Below, piece by piece: positions 12,144 to 26,589 of a DNA stretch of 64,000 nt. Below the pieces are notes generated by a model. The model was not told where the DNA came from, did no database searches, and saw only the letters and a list, made by a program, of their open reading frames with translations. Source of the DNA: Octopus vulgaris. Lineage: Eukaryota. The translations under genes and the position numbers were made by a program. Each line of letters begins with the position of its first letter. Position 1 is the first letter of the stretch. The DNA lies in contig OX597814.1 in assembly GCA_951406725.2 (NCBI GenBank), positions 222,518,001 to 222,582,000 on the forward strand, in the 5' to 3' direction.

Positions 12144-14485
12144 GCATATGGACATACACACTCATGCATGTATATGTGAATCGTAATGGAGTGTTCGTTA
12201 GCAATAATTATATCAAATCCCTGTACATATCAATGAACTCAGCTCATACTTAGACACGCACAGGTATACACACGTGCGTGCACTTACTCATACACGTACA
12301 TCAATGCAAACACACATACATATCTATACACACATGTGTATGCACGTATGTATTTATGTGTATGCGGTGATAGTAAAATAAGTATCTGTTACATAAAGAA
12401 TCAATACTAATTTTTAAATAGCAAACAGTGAAATGTTATTTTGATAGCTAAAATACTTATCCACAGTGTATGTAGTCTCAAATATGGGCACATAATTCAT
12501 AGACTGGCAAGAATATTTCTCAATGCATTGGCAATTTATGAGAAGTGAGCTGTTCAATATTAACTTTTAATACTAGTAATCCTCGGCGCACAGTTGAAAT
12601 CATTAAAACAAAATATCTTCTTAAATTCATTAACGTCTAACTACATACACCAGTGAAATTCCCCACTTCAGATAAATTAAACTGTCACAAAGAAAACAAG
12701 TGGAATCCAGTTTTTCAGTTCTTAGCTTGTGTTTAAAATCGTAACAGAAAATTAAACAATGTTTAGTAACTTCATATGTGAAATATATCCAGTGAAAGTG
12801 GACGAGCAAGTCTATGAAATCTAGCAATTACCATGCCAATAAAATCTCCAACTAAATGCTTTATGTCTATCTAGGTTTAAGGGTGATTAATTGTCATGAT
12901 TTATAAAGCATTTCATGAAAATGTAACTAGTATATATATTTATGCCTTGTAGCTTTCTGACCTCGGATCCCACTACAGTGAGTTTTTCCTTTCAGCCCAA
13001 ATAATTACCAATATTTAACTTTACATCTGTCAGTTCAAGTTTTCATTCGCGACATGTACAAGAGTTTGCTTTGCTGCTGCAACGGGAAAACAATAAGTGC
13101 TAACGACTTTAACACATACCGCTGCCTGTTTACGTAATATATCTACAAAGATTCAAGCTTTTTATCCGCATGCTTTTAAGACTCACTATTTATTTATTTA
13201 AGTATCCCAAGTGTTTACTTTTGTGTCTATGTTTATTTTAACATTCCACAAGTTTAGTACGAATTTGCACAAAAATAAATCTTTAATGTTACTCAGTCAA
13301 AACATAAACTTGTGACGTTCGTATTTTGAAATTTTCTACTGATCACTAACTTGCATTTCCTCTCAAAACTATACAGTGAAGAATGACAGGATTTTAAACC
13401 GAGCGATGCTACGTTTTCTTTCACATTTGTATTCATTGTAGCTGAGAATAACTGCTGGACGAAACACGTTTTCATGAAATCTTTTCGTGCAGATTGCAAC
13501 AATAAGGGAAGCGTTAAGGAACATAAGCATTTGGCTCTGTAAATGTTTAGGCAAATATGAAATACGTCATAAGGTTTGTTATTTGTTTATATGTGTTTTC
13601 TCCTTTTGTAAATTCAGAATAATTACTATCATATATACACCAACGTCCCTGAAAATCCATTCACCTTGAAATCTTTACTCTGAATAAAAATACAATAAAC
13701 AGAAGAGAAATAAATCTCTTAACATAGAAGACAAAATTAAATGACAGTTATATATTCGTGATACGTATTTCTCTCTCCCAACTCTCGTTCTGCCATGAAG
13801 TTAAAATACAATCAAAGGAATTCGTTATAGTAGTTCGTTTACTTTCAGTTTAAAACGTATGAATTTATAAACATTTTGAATTATGTACACACATGATTCG
13901 AAATAAATTATGCAGAGAGCGGTTGTAGACATTTACTTTTTTGTTTGTAGATGAGAGTATTAATAAGCTAATGATAATATCGTGGTATTCATTATTATAT
14001 CGAGAGCAAATGTATGATATACTGAAAATTACACGTGATTCTGCTTTTGTAAATATTACTGTTCCTTTTCCTTTCGTAGTTAGAAATATGAACGGAAATG
14101 AAAATCATATTACTGGTGTTTATAAGGTTTGTAATGTGTATATAAACATGGATGGAAACGCTATAATAGTTTGCTCCAGAAAAATGTCTCAAAGAACGTG
14201 TGTTACAAATGGGATAGCTCAGGACGCTGAAGGATCGCCAGATACGTTGTTTTGACCAACTGTACTCTAGTCAGCAACTACTGACGTTTCAAACCAGGCT
14301 GAAAACACTTTGTCCAGATATAAAATTCTATAAAAAAAACATTCACTGATTTTCGTGAGAGCTAACCAGGCTAGAGTTCAATTAATATATAGAACTGAAA
14401 AAAGAAAAAAACATTAGATTAAAACACCGGCGTGTACAGAATTCATATCTTTATAAGTATGTATTTGAATAAAATCATTTATATG

Positions 14486-14766
14486 TGGAAGCATTCCGTC
14501 GGTTACGACGACGAGGGTCCCGGTTGATCCGAATCAACGGAACAGCCTGCTCGTGAAATTAACGTGTAAGTGGCTGAGCACTCCACAGACACGTGTACCC
14601 TTAACGTAGTTCTCGGGGATATTCAGCGTGACACAGAGAGTGACAAAGCCGGCCCTTTGAAATACAGGTATAACAGAAACAGGAAGTAAGAGTGAGAGAA
14701 AGTTGTGGTTAAAGAGTACAGCCGGGATCACCACCATCCCCTGCCGGAGCCTTGTGGAGCTTTAGG
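14486..14766 (-). mobile_element. 5'-truncated SINE family A with 11-bp TSD
   Basis: Nearly identical to the 3' part of 21357-21741; TCATTTATATG duplicated at 14475-14485 and 14767-14777. Confidence 0.9.
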
Positions 14767-16170
14767 TCATTTATATGAATACCTCAAAGAAACATGTGAA
14801 AGTAACTTGCATGTTATATATAGGAGTTATCACGTTCTATTTGCAAGTAACGTATCAACACCTACTTCGCTCTAACAAAATCTCGGATCTCAATAGATGC
14901 TTCTTGCATCTTACATTGTCTTACATTGTATTCCTAAGCTGGCTATTGATGATACTTGAGTTCTTGTGATTACACTGGGTAAAGAACTGAGGTAGAACGC
15001 TTTATGTTTTGTCTTACGACGTTGATTGACGCCATAATTACCATGGCAGTTTATACGCCAAAGGCACAGGCAAACATTTATTAACAGACGTATAGTACAA
15101 TCGAAGCTATGAACCAGCGATTGATCGGTTGGAAAAGTCGATCAACTATGCTATTGTATATAAAATTGCAATAACAAAATAAATACTTAAATGACAGACC
15201 TTCCGCTTGAATGTAATTCGTAAAAACTCTTAAGTATGCATATTTAAATTTCTTGTAAACTTATAATGCAGACACAGAGAGGCACATATATTTAAGTCCA
15301 ATAAATCACATTGTGTGAAACACACACACACAGACACACACGGACACACACTCACACATACACACACACACACACACTCACACTCACACACACACAGTAA
15401 TTGTCAATTAAGAAAACGTTAATTCTTTTAGACCATTACCACAGATTACTCAGCCATTAAACTAGACCAATTTACAAGCTATTCATTGAAGTAAAACATA
15501 TTTGAGTAAAATGATTGTCATATCTTCTGAAACGGAATATGTAGAATTGTAGTAAGGTTTCAGATATGTAACATAGTGATCAGGAAATAATTTGATAACC
15601 AGAATTTATCCTAGCGATTGACAGATGAAAGCACTCTGGGGACTTTTAAAATCTAGAAGCGAAAAGCAAGATAACTATATTTTCAATCATTGATAAGATT
15701 CTTTTTTCTTTGGTCTACTAAACAATGTTTAGATCTTGAAGATTTCAGCTCATTGTATTATATAAGTAATTCTTTTCCCAATTTGTATTTAATAAAGAGA
15801 ATGATTCCCTGAATTATATATTTTCAAATAAATTGCTAATATTTATAATCAGTATCACGGTATTGGCCTTCTCTCTATCATCCTCCGTATATATACATAC
15901 ACACACGCATACAAACGAATGCCCTAACACACACACACACACACATACACATATATGCATGTATGTAAGCACGTATAAAAGTATGTACGTATATGTATAT
16001 ATATTTATGTGTATATATATATATATATAAAATACCGTTATACAAAGGGAGATTACGGTATTTTCATAGCGTTATCTTACCGTTTTACCAATATGATTTT
16101 GATTGATTTGATGATTTTGATTTTTCCAGTTTCAGCTAATGAGCTGTGGCCATGCTGGGGCACCGCCATT

Positions 16171-16236
<66 letters not shown>

Positions 16237-16237
<1 letters not shown>

Positions 16238-16369
16238 ACCGGAGTAAACACATAAATGTGAAACAAGGTAGAAAAAAGAGTACTCAAATACCAGGGTAGA
16301 GTAATATGCTTTATTTTAAAGCAGCAGAAATTCAACAAAACCTGTTACTCGGAGTTTCACGTTCCCGTT
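16237..16369 (-). mobile_element. Short microsatellite-flanked element with the 3' half of a hammerhead
   Basis: Reverse complement of 8363-8478; minus strand begins ACG GGAA CGT-GAAA-CTC C GAG-TA-ACAG (stem II, GAAA, stem III, UH); the CUGANGA half is truncated. Confidence 0.65.
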
Positions 16370-18579
16370 TATATATGTATAAAAGAAGTCGGTTTGCGTG
16401 TGAAAGGGTACGTTAGAGTAAAAAGCGATATCTGAAAAGCAAATTATACTAATTCTAAACTTATAATACTGGTAATACCACAGCGTTCTAACTACCTGAC
16501 TACCTGCAGCCGTGAATTGTTTATCTTATCTTCTGTTCACATGTTGTTGCCAGACAGTAATCTAGTGTTATTTCTGGTCGACTACCTGCAGATGTCATTT
16601 GTTTATCACATGCCAAGCTGCTCGTTTCTGTTTAACATTAGCTTTATTTCGTTGCTATTCTCCTCTTGAACCCGATTTTAAATATTTCAATTGATCAATC
16701 CAAGGTCGACGTTAGCAAATGGCTTCACGAAAATTAAATTACACAGAGGTTTGAAATTAGCATCTAGTATCCATGTGGAAGATCGCAACTTCAACACTTG
16801 ATAACCTCACAAATCCCACATACTATTAGCGAGACCAGTAACATAAATTCACTTTTATAAACATCAAAAGTAAAATCAATTCCGAAGCATTTAAATTTCG
16901 AAGGCAATCTATGGTGGGTAATAAAAGATGCTTTTTCGAATAATATATTTTTATGATTGATACAGAAAACGTAATGTCTAAAAAAATACCTTTAAAAGAT
17001 ATTTTTTTCAGTTTGAACTGTAATAATTCAATGATAAAAATACTTGTTGAAGTAGGTGTGAAGAGATACGAAAATTGAAATCGATATCTATTTCAAACCA
17101 ACACATGCACCAACAAAATCTGTTATTATCTTCCTGCCACCCAAAACAAGAAAATAGATATACATTTTAATGTAACAAGATGAGTCAACACGATCTCGAA
17201 ACCCGGGGTATCGACTCGAAACACAAAAATATACATCATAGAAGTTTTTAAAAAAAACATAAAATAATCAACGCCGAATGTCGTGACCCCGTATGACATA
17301 AGCAATGATTTACATAATAAATGGATTGCTCACAAAAAATATACTCTCATAAAGCCATGCACATGTAACCTTTTCTTTTTTTTGTATTTCCGTTTAAAAT
17401 TCTCATGTAGATATTAACAAGAAAGAAACTTAGGTTCATAAGTATCTCCATAAGTTATCCTCATATTAAAGGAAAACATCAACAATTTTATTCGTTGTTT
17501 GGCTGTGACATTTAGGAAAAACTAAATATCAACTGATGAGATAAATATTATGGTAAAGGTTGATTTTGCTTTTCTCCTCCTTCCTTTCATATTTCTTGCA
17601 TTATTACATAATCTTATTTTAATCACTGTAATGATTGTTCGCGAAAAGTCAGAGGTTATAGTTTCGTATGTCATATATAAGTTAAAACAAATTAAAATGA
17701 ATTATTTTCCTTATGCTTAGAGAGTTGCTTCCAAAAACAAAAAAAAAATGCTATGGGCATTTTTACGAAGAAAACTTATCATACTTTATCGATTTAACTT
17801 GGAAATTTCTATAGGAGAGTTGAATATTTAAATTCCAAATGGGACTACAATGGGTAACTATTTTTTAGTGTCATCACATGATAAATTGAATACTTTAATT
17901 CATACAAACGAAACGCGCAAATAAATTATCAATAAAAGGCGTGGCAAACCAGAGATACTTTAACCCCTCTTTATTTTCCCGTATATATTACAGTAGACTG
18001 AGTCAAGGTGACCCGCTGCTGCTGAATTTATTTCGAATATATGAGCGCTCACGATTGGAGCATACTGTTGCCGATAATATTTATACCATTCGTGCTAATC
18101 TCAGAACGATTATATCACAACTTCATAAATTTATACTCTCTTTTATGTGAAGCACACTCGCCCAACACATCTTCCCCTAAGGACACACATATACACAGCT
18201 TCATTCTCTACTCATCCACACTCTCACAAATAGAATCACTTCAAAATGTACACACATATTCCTTTGTAGTCTCTCTTACTCTCTTCACCCTTGTTCGTCA
18301 ACTGCACACACTACAACAAATACTCGCCTAAAACTCACGGAAATTACACGCACATGCACATATCACTTAAGCATCTCTGTCCTCATAAACATTTATATCT
18401 TGTCTATAACGTATATAAATTTGCACAAAATACGTACAAACACAAAATCTATTTACATAGCACACTATTCTGCATAATTACTTCCTTACATATGTGATAC
18501 AAATGACACATATACACGCACACTTTTCTACACAAATACACAGACATTAACACAGTATTCATATATGCATGCAATACGC

Positions 18580-18736
18580 GGATATTTTCCTTTTGAACGG
18601 CAGATTTCAACACAATTTCTAGTTAACCAAACACTTTTAAACTTCGTATACTGGTAGAATGTGTCAAAAGAAAACGTTATTTTCACATGGCTTTCTTGAT
18701 AAATTTGTAATTCGTTTGTTCAAAAGGAAAAGATCC
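18580..18736. mobile_element. MITE, 157 bp, 19-bp TIRs, 8-bp TSD (Merlin-like)
   Basis: TIRs GGATATTTTCCTTTTGAAC / GTTCAAAAGGAAAAGATCC (1 mismatch); CAATACGC duplicated at 18572-18579 and 18737-18744. Confidence 0.85.
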
Positions 18737-18792
18737 CAATACGCATACTCTTTAGGCACGTTCACACCTCCCATATATACATATATAGTTAC

Positions 18793-18922
18793 AGGAGTGA
18801 CTGCGTGGTAAGAAGCTTGCTTCTTAACCACATGAATCCAGGTTCAGTTCCACTGCGTTTCTTCTACTATAGTCTAGGGACTTGTGCGTGGATTTGGTAG
18901 ATGGAAACTGAATATACCCGTC

Positions 18923-18968
<46 letters not shown>

Positions 18969-19181
18969 ATGTGTGTGTGTGTGCGTGTGTGCCTGTGTCT
19001 GTGTTTGTCTCGCCACCATTGCTTGACAACCGATGTTGGTGTGTTTACGTCCCCATAACACCTGTTAGGCGAAAGAAACCGATAGAATACATACTAGGCT
19101 TACAAACAATGAGTCCTGGGGTTGATTTGTTCGACTAAAGGCGGTTGTCCAGCATGGCTGAAATAAGTAAAAGAATAAAGG
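18793..19181 (+). mobile_element. SINE family B copy
   Basis: Head AGGAGTGACTGCGTGGTAAG...GGTTCAGTTCCACTGCG, internal (TA)n(TG)n, tail AAAGGCGG...CCAGCATGGCTGAAATAAGTAAAAG; several internal deletions. Confidence 0.8.
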
Positions 19182-19351
19182 AATATATATATATATATAA
19201 TGTAGTGTAGGCACGTATTTATGAATGAAAAACACTTCCACCAAAACTTCAGCCTAGCTAATTTCACTGAAAATGCACCGGTCAGATGCCAATTGTTGTA
19301 GACGATGCATGTGCGAAGTGCTGCTTAACAGAAACGAACCAAGGAAAAGTT

Positions 19352-19353
19352 TC

Positions 19354-19452
<99 letters not shown>
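19352..19452. repeat. (TCTA)n microsatellite
   Basis: Direct read; one of dozens of (TA)n, (CA)n, (GA)n, (TACA)n and (TCTA)n tracts in the window. Confidence 0.95.
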
Positions 19453-21356
19453 GTGTGTCTGTCTGTCTATCTGTCTATATACCTATCTATATATTGCAGT
19501 CTTTATTTCAGGATACTTTTCTTTGGGTTCACTAAAGGAATTACTGGGCAATGGAGTTTATAAAATTGTAAAATATACAATGTATGATGGAGTAATGTAA
19601 TAAACGCGTATCCTAAAATACATAAAACTAGATTTTTGCCTGTTTTTAGTTGTCTACTGCAATACAAAAATGCCAACTTTTGGAAGGTGTCTATGTAAAA
19701 GTATGCGAACTCACTTTAGAATTCTGAACATTTTATGCCGTCTGGAACATCTCAATTGATAAAACACTAAAATATTACACACTTAATCAAAAATTAGATG
19801 GAAAACATTTTTTTTTACTTTTGCGTATATATTCCTAATTGATTTTCTTCTGTGTATAAATTACTTATCGATTAATTGAACTATCGGAGAAATGTTTGAG
19901 TGAAGAATATACTTTTAGGATTAATTTATGATGTGCCACGTATCGATTACTCATTAACATTATGCTGACCAAACATTTCGATCATCTGGAGAGTTAGACA
20001 GCAGTTTCATGTGAAAAGTTTTAATATGGTATATCTATAAATACGTAATCAAAATAAAACTGAGTTTTATTACAATTTAAATGTTACTTTTGCGTTTTAC
20101 TGTAAGTATAATTTGTCATTTAGTATTTGCATTATTTTTCTATATAAGGAGACTGTGTTTGTTGAGAAAATCATATAAAATTTTGAAACGAAATAAAATT
20201 CAAGTGACAAAGAAATTGAAGCCAATAAAGTAACTATGAAACTGAAAACCGCTTGAATTCAAGAGCTTAAGTGTTTACAAATAAATTGTCATCTCATTCA
20301 TTTTATCATGTTTATAAAAATAATTATTGGTCGAAAATTTTTAATATTGCTAAATTCTAAAGTCCTGTAATTAATCTTTTTATTGCTTTAATTAAAATGC
20401 TAGTATTTTTCTAAGTTCAAAATTTTATATAATTAAGAATTATAATAAATATAATTCTCTGAAAGAAAATGTAAAGACAACAACCAAGCTAATTAAACAA
20501 AGTGCAGCTCCATTGAAGTAATATTAGTATAAGTAATGTGAAATTGCTTTAAAGTTTATAAAATAAACTTTGCAGTTTGAAATTTGACTAAAAAACACGA
20601 TACCAACATACTTTAATAAAATATGATGAGAATATTTTGAATGTGACGGCCACTTAATCTTCGAAACATGCGAAAATGAAATTTATTTATATGGCCAAAA
20701 AGTATTCCCAGAAATAGTAATAATGTAGATTACGAAATTTGAAAATAAAACAAAAAAAAAACAACATAACGTACACCTTCCATGACTACTTGAATCTTCA
20801 TGACGGTACAATGCGGAGTTATATACCTAAAGGCAGTATCATACACACTCGATCTTTGGAAATATACGTTGATCTTACAGTTTGTCGTATGGCCGAAGGG
20901 TAAATGAGATGTTGTCTAGACGAAGGTGCTATAAGATTAATAGGATATAGCAGTTTGATGTGGATGTGCCACTAGCTTAGATTTAAATAATATTATTTTC
21001 TATGATGTCTTTATATTGCTGTACGTATTGATGAGATAAAATCAAACGTTCTTGTTGAAATTGTTTGACAAAAATTTGAAAAACTTGCACTATTCATTTT
21101 TAAAGACATCATAAATGAACCATAATCTCTAAAGGACAAAATCGCTGATCTATTTCATTTTATCTTTCACCTATCAAAACGTGTTGTCCTGAAATCTAGT
21201 TGAAACCAAAAAACGAAATATTAATGATGTTGGGAAGTTGAGATGGTGTAATACTTAATCATTCCCAGAATATATTAATAGTCTTAATTACTAGTTGAGT
21301 ACCGTGGTCACGAACTTTTTGGAGATAGCATGCATATATTTAAGGAATCTGGAATC

Positions 21357-21741
21357 TGGAAGCACTCCGTCGGTTACGACGACGAGGGTTCCGGTTGATC
21401 CGAATCAACGGAACAGCCTGCTCGTGAAATTAACGTGTAAGTGGCTGAGCACTCCACAGACACGTGTACCCTTAACGTAGTTCTCGGGGATATTCAGCGT
21501 GACACAGAAAGTGACAAGGCCGGCCCTTTGAAATACAGGTACAACAGAAACAGGAAGTAAGAGTGAAATAAAGTTGTGGTGAAAGAGTACAGCAGGGATC
21601 ACCACCATCCCTTGCCGGAGCATCGTGGAGCTTTAGGTGTTTTCGCTCAAAAAACACTCACAACGCCCGGTCTGGGAATCAAAACCGCGATCCTATGACC
21701 GCGAGTCCGCTGCCCTAACCACTGGGCCATTGCGCCTCCAC
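21357..21741 (-). mobile_element. Full-length tRNA-derived SINE family A
   Basis: Minus head GTGGAGGCGCAATGGCCCAGTGGTTAGGGCAGCGGACTCGCGG with A/B boxes; TTCCAGA tandem tail; imperfect TSD TATTTAAGGAAT/TATTTTAAGAAT. Confidence 0.9.
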
Positions 21742-21779
21742 TATTTTAAGAATATATCATGAAATAATATTCATTTCAA

Positions 21780-22155
21780 ATATTGACGACACAAAGTCAG
21801 TAATTTCGGGGGCTAGCCGATTACATCGACTTCAGTACTGAACTAGTACTTATTTTATCGACCCCCGCCACAGAGTTATGAAAGGCAAAACATTTTACCT
21901 GGTATATTAACGATTCTGTCAGCTCGCTTCCTAATATAATGAAATTGTATCGGTATCACATTTTGGTACAAAGCCAGCAATTTGCGGCGAGGGAGAAAAT
22001 CGATTACATCGACCCCAGTGTTTAACTGGAATCTATTAAATCACAACCGAAAGGATTAAAAGGCACAGCGGAATTTGAATTCTGAAAGTAGACTGACGAA
22101 AGGCCGCTAAGCATTTTTCCCCGTATGCTAACGATTTGGCTTACTCACCCCCTTA
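21780..22155 (-). mobile_element. Two tandem degenerate SINE family C copies
   Basis: CGATTACATCGAC...ACTGA/G...GAAAGG core occurs twice (21780-21930 and 21950-22155). Confidence 0.65.
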
Positions 22156-22480
22156 TGTAATGAAATGATAAGTAAAAAGCAATATTATCATAAATGAATA
22201 TCTGTTGACAAAATCAGAAAGATTATGTGAATTCAGTGATTATGTGAACTTCTAAATGTTTTCTACATTATATAACTATAACAGATAAAGTAATTCTAAA
22301 CTTAAAGTTATTAGTATTTCAATCACAAATTTTAGCTACATAGTGTCGTTATTATATTAAAATGTCTCTAATGTTTTTACAGTTTCTCAGTTTGGATATA
22401 GTTTTGACAAGGTCAGAAACTTATATGATGGATATGAAGATAAATGCTTGAGGTTCATTGCTCTTTACATCGGAGAAATA

Positions 22481-22696
22481 ATTAGGGCAGCGGACTTGCG
22501 GTCGGAGGATCGCGGTTTCGATTCCCAGACCGGGCGTTGTGTGTGTTTATTGAGCGAAAACACCTAAAAGCTCCACGAGGCTCCGGCAGGGGATGGTGGT
22601 GATCCCTGCTGTACTCTTTCACCACTCTAAAAGGCGGTGCTCCAGCATGGCCGCATTCAAATGACTGAAACAAGTAAAAAAAAAAAAAAAAAAAAA
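22481..22696 (+). mobile_element. Chimeric SINE: family A 5' part fused to family B 3' tail, then poly(A)
   Basis: 22481-22627 matches family A; 22628-22680 (AAAGGCGGTGCTCCAGCATGGCCGC...GACTGAAACAAGTAAAA) matches the family B tail. Confidence 0.8.
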
Positions 22697-22829
22697 TATG
22701 TAAAATACTTTCAGACACTTACTGACACTAAGTATTGATCCTTGCTTATTGGAAGCTTCGGACATATTTTACAGAGTTTAATCGTCAGTTTTACAACTAC
22801 AGTATTAAATATAAAAGGTGAACAATGAA

Positions 22830-23036
22830 TACTCTTTTACTTTTTTCAGTCATTTGATTGCGGCCATGCTGGAGCACCGCCTTTAGGCGCGCTAATCGAC
22901 CCCAGGACTTATTCTTTGGAAGCCTAGTACTTATTCTATCGGTTTCTTTTGCCGAACCGCCAAGTTACGGGGACGTAAACACATCACCATCAGTTGTCAA
23001 GCGATGTTGGGGGACAAACACAGACACACAACCACA

Positions 23037-23130
<94 letters not shown>

Positions 23131-23290
23131 GGCGGGCTTCTTTCAGTTTCCGTCTACCAAATCCACTTCCAAGTCTTTGGTCGGCCCAAGGCTTTGGTCG
23201 GTCCAAGCTTTTAGTAAAAGACACTTGCCCAAGGTGCCACGCAGTGGGACTGAACCTAGAACCATGTGGTTGGTAAGGAAGCTACTTACC
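22830..23290 (-). mobile_element. SINE family B copy
   Basis: Same as 6985-7429; has an internal short duplication of CTTTGGTCGG.CCAAG. Confidence 0.85.
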
Positions 23291-24668
23291 AGTTTAATTT
23301 CTGAAATATTTCAAATTTATTAAAACATATTTATGTTCTACTCCTGGAACATAATAGGAACATAACTTGAACATAATAATGGGAACATAATAAATGGTTA
23401 CTTACGTTGAAAGAATCGAAACAGCACGAGAGTCCAAGAAAACCACTAATGATGCATCACTTAATCCTCCTGAGTCATATTTTGGAATTGTCTTAACGGT
23501 GGACATATCGAGAATACTTTAATGTGTTTGGATTCTGACATGTCGCATAGAATATAAATCAAAGTTCTATATGTGTATTCCGCAACTAATTGATGAATTG
23601 ATTAATACGCATTCAAACAAGGTAGATTCTATACTACCTGCAATGCGAATAAACGCTACATAAACAGAAGAAAAACTGAACGCATTACTGATAAATGCTA
23701 CAATTTCATGTTAGCCAGGTTCAGCTTCATATAAGCGCATTTGCGACTTATAATTTTCTACTTTCCTAATAATTATTAGTATTGGACTTTTTCTGAAATG
23801 CATTCGACTACACATAACCTGGTGCACTTAATGCTTACATTCTTCTATCAGCCACATATAATATGAAATCAAATTCTAACAACGGCAGATATACACATAT
23901 TTCAGAGAGGAGATATCGCTACTTATATCGATTCTGTCTTATTGGGACTTCAATTCATGAATCAGGTAAGAATGAACACAACAATCTAATCAGTGTATAA
24001 ATGGATGTAGCTAAATGATACAGGATGTCACCCATTGTATTACAAATTCTATAATCCACCATACAACATATAACATATCAGTTTATAATAAATCGCAGCA
24101 AGTTACACTAAAGAAACAAAAAAATCAAGATATATACTTAGAGCTACACAAACCAATGAAATAGGTACATGGTCAATCAACCTTCTTCAAACAGAGTTAC
24201 ATTCTCTCTCTAAAGGCATCCTAGCATTTTTTTCCTTTCAAAGAACATTTGTGGTCAATGCAGTATGTTTTAGGCTACCTGAAAACATGGAATGATCATG
24301 CAGAAAATGACTTCATCAAACGTATGTTCGAAGCCTCCCACTTGGCGATAAAGGAACTAAAATAACTTAAAGCTAAATCGAATAGACCACTTAAAATTAG
24401 CACAGAATCTTAATTCTGTATTAATTGCATCTCAAGCCAGTAATACTGACCATCAATGTCTTAGTTGAATGCACAGTATGCTTTTTTACAGGGCTGTCTC
24501 TCACTACAGAATACAGATTACGGTATTAATCTGTTACCTAGTGATGAACAGTTATATTAGAATGGAATGCCTTGGACAGGAAACCTGTAATATGTTTATT
24601 ATGGCCATTCAATGAATGCTTTATAATCCCTATACGTACTGAAGTTATATTAAATCGCAATAGATGTC

Positions 24669-24702
<34 letters not shown>

Positions 24703-26488
24703 ATTGTTAGACAAAATACAATCGGAAGCCCGAAAGAATATTAACTGTCATCGTGTTAATTTTTCATAATTAATCTTTGTGGAATAGCAGAATTGTTAGA
24801 GTAGCAGAGGATATGTCTTGTTCTATTTAGTTAGACCTTTTGCGTTGTGAACTGAATTTCGCTTTTCACTCTGGGTCATAAAATAAATTCCATTCTAATA
24901 CTGGATGACCAAATTAACTATTCCCTCTCCACAATAATTATAATCTTGTGCTTACATAAGAAACTACTTAAAAGTAGTATTGTATGTCTTACAAAATGAA
25001 TGTCTTTCAGTATTTAGCAATGGATAGTTACGTTCTGATTTCAAATCCTGCCAAGATCGAGTGACATCAGCCCTTCAGCATTATCATCTTATGATAATGT
25101 TATAATAACCGCAATATAAATAATAACAGAATGTAAAAAAAAAAAAAAAAAAAACTAATCATAGTTTTTCTGAAATAATTTGAATGTTAACCGTATGTGT
25201 TGGCCTGTTAAATATTTCAGAATATCTCATAAATTATTCAAGATATCATGAATATGCAACGGGTTATTTTTCTTTTTTTAAATTTCTAATTATGTATTTG
25301 CTATCTTAATGATTATTCAAAGATTCTTGCACATCAAAAAACACTCTAATATTTTACAGATATACTTATTCAGTTTCCAAGACATATATGTGCGTGTCTG
25401 CTTGCACATGTACTGTACATGTACGTGTGTATATGTGCTTTGAGTATTTTAGACATGTGTCATATAGATTAATATTTTTTTATAAAAATGCCACTTTAAT
25501 ATAATAAACAAATATGAATCAATACCAGATACCCAAACAAACTGCTCAGCATAACTATGTATGAATTCAAGCAGAAAATATATAGTACCCCCACTGACAG
25601 CTCATACAAATCAGAAAGAAAAAAATCAAAGCAGCCAATGTGTTTCACACATATAAACTAACCAACCATATATTGCAGCAACCCCAAGGAAAATTACATT
25701 CAGCAACATACTATGTACGTATATATTTTTTAATAATTTTTCAAAATAAATATATGCTATATATTCCAAGTAATAAAAACGTTTTAACATCAAAGAAAAT
25801 CTTGCATATGTAACGTTACATATTACAAAACATTCAACATTAATATAGGTAACCAAAGACACCAGAGACATATCCAATATCAGATGCTTTGAGAAGTCTC
25901 TTAGAAAAAGTAACTACTGCAATAGTATATCGGCATTTATTTCACCATACGTTTGTTATCGAACGTCATACTTATCCGACATCGCATCAAATTACATAGT
26001 AAAACTACAAGGTTTTGTTAAACATAGATGATCTTTTTACGCAGTCACTGAATCTGCTAGCAATAGCAGCCGACTCACCTCTGAAACCTTGTTCTTTTAG
26101 CAAAGAAAACATTCAATATAATAGTCTCTAGTATAAAAGTAGAAAAGAAGGACACGGCTTGAACAATGCTGATCATAAATCTCGACCAGACCAACCAACT
26201 GACCATTTAATAACAACGCCAATAACAGCAAGAAAATGAAAAACCCAAGTACTAGATTTGGATAGTTTTAGCAAATATTTTATAATGCTGTTATAAAAGG
26301 CGACGTTCAACTTTTAAAGATGATATATAAAGTATTGAAATAAAGGAGTAAAATATATGAAAATGCAAAGCAAATGCAAAACGTTGTGAAAAGCCATCCT
26401 GATGTAAAAACAATCATGATATAACAGCACATAGATTAACAAATTCTCTTTCTGTACATACAAATATACATACATGCACATACATACA

Positions 26489-26519
<31 letters not shown>

Positions 26520-26536
26520 GTGCATACATACATACA

Positions 26537-26589
<53 letters not shown>

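Noticed and set aside
14534-14737. Recurrent ORF MVVIPAVLF...SRLFR (also 21405-21623 and 51071-51274)
   Set aside because: Lies inside SINE family A copies; recurrence reflects the repeat, not a gene family.
17175-17225. GATGAGTC...GACTCGAAAC hammerhead-like stretch
   Set aside because: Lacks C3-U4 and any stem III/UH or stem I pairing.
21660-21741. tRNA-like sequence
   Set aside because: It is the SINE head, continuous with the SINE body and TSD, and has no proper acceptor stem.
23906-23971. 60-nt open exon-like segment ending in CAG|GTAAGA
   Set aside because: Resembles a decayed family C SINE; weak acceptor.
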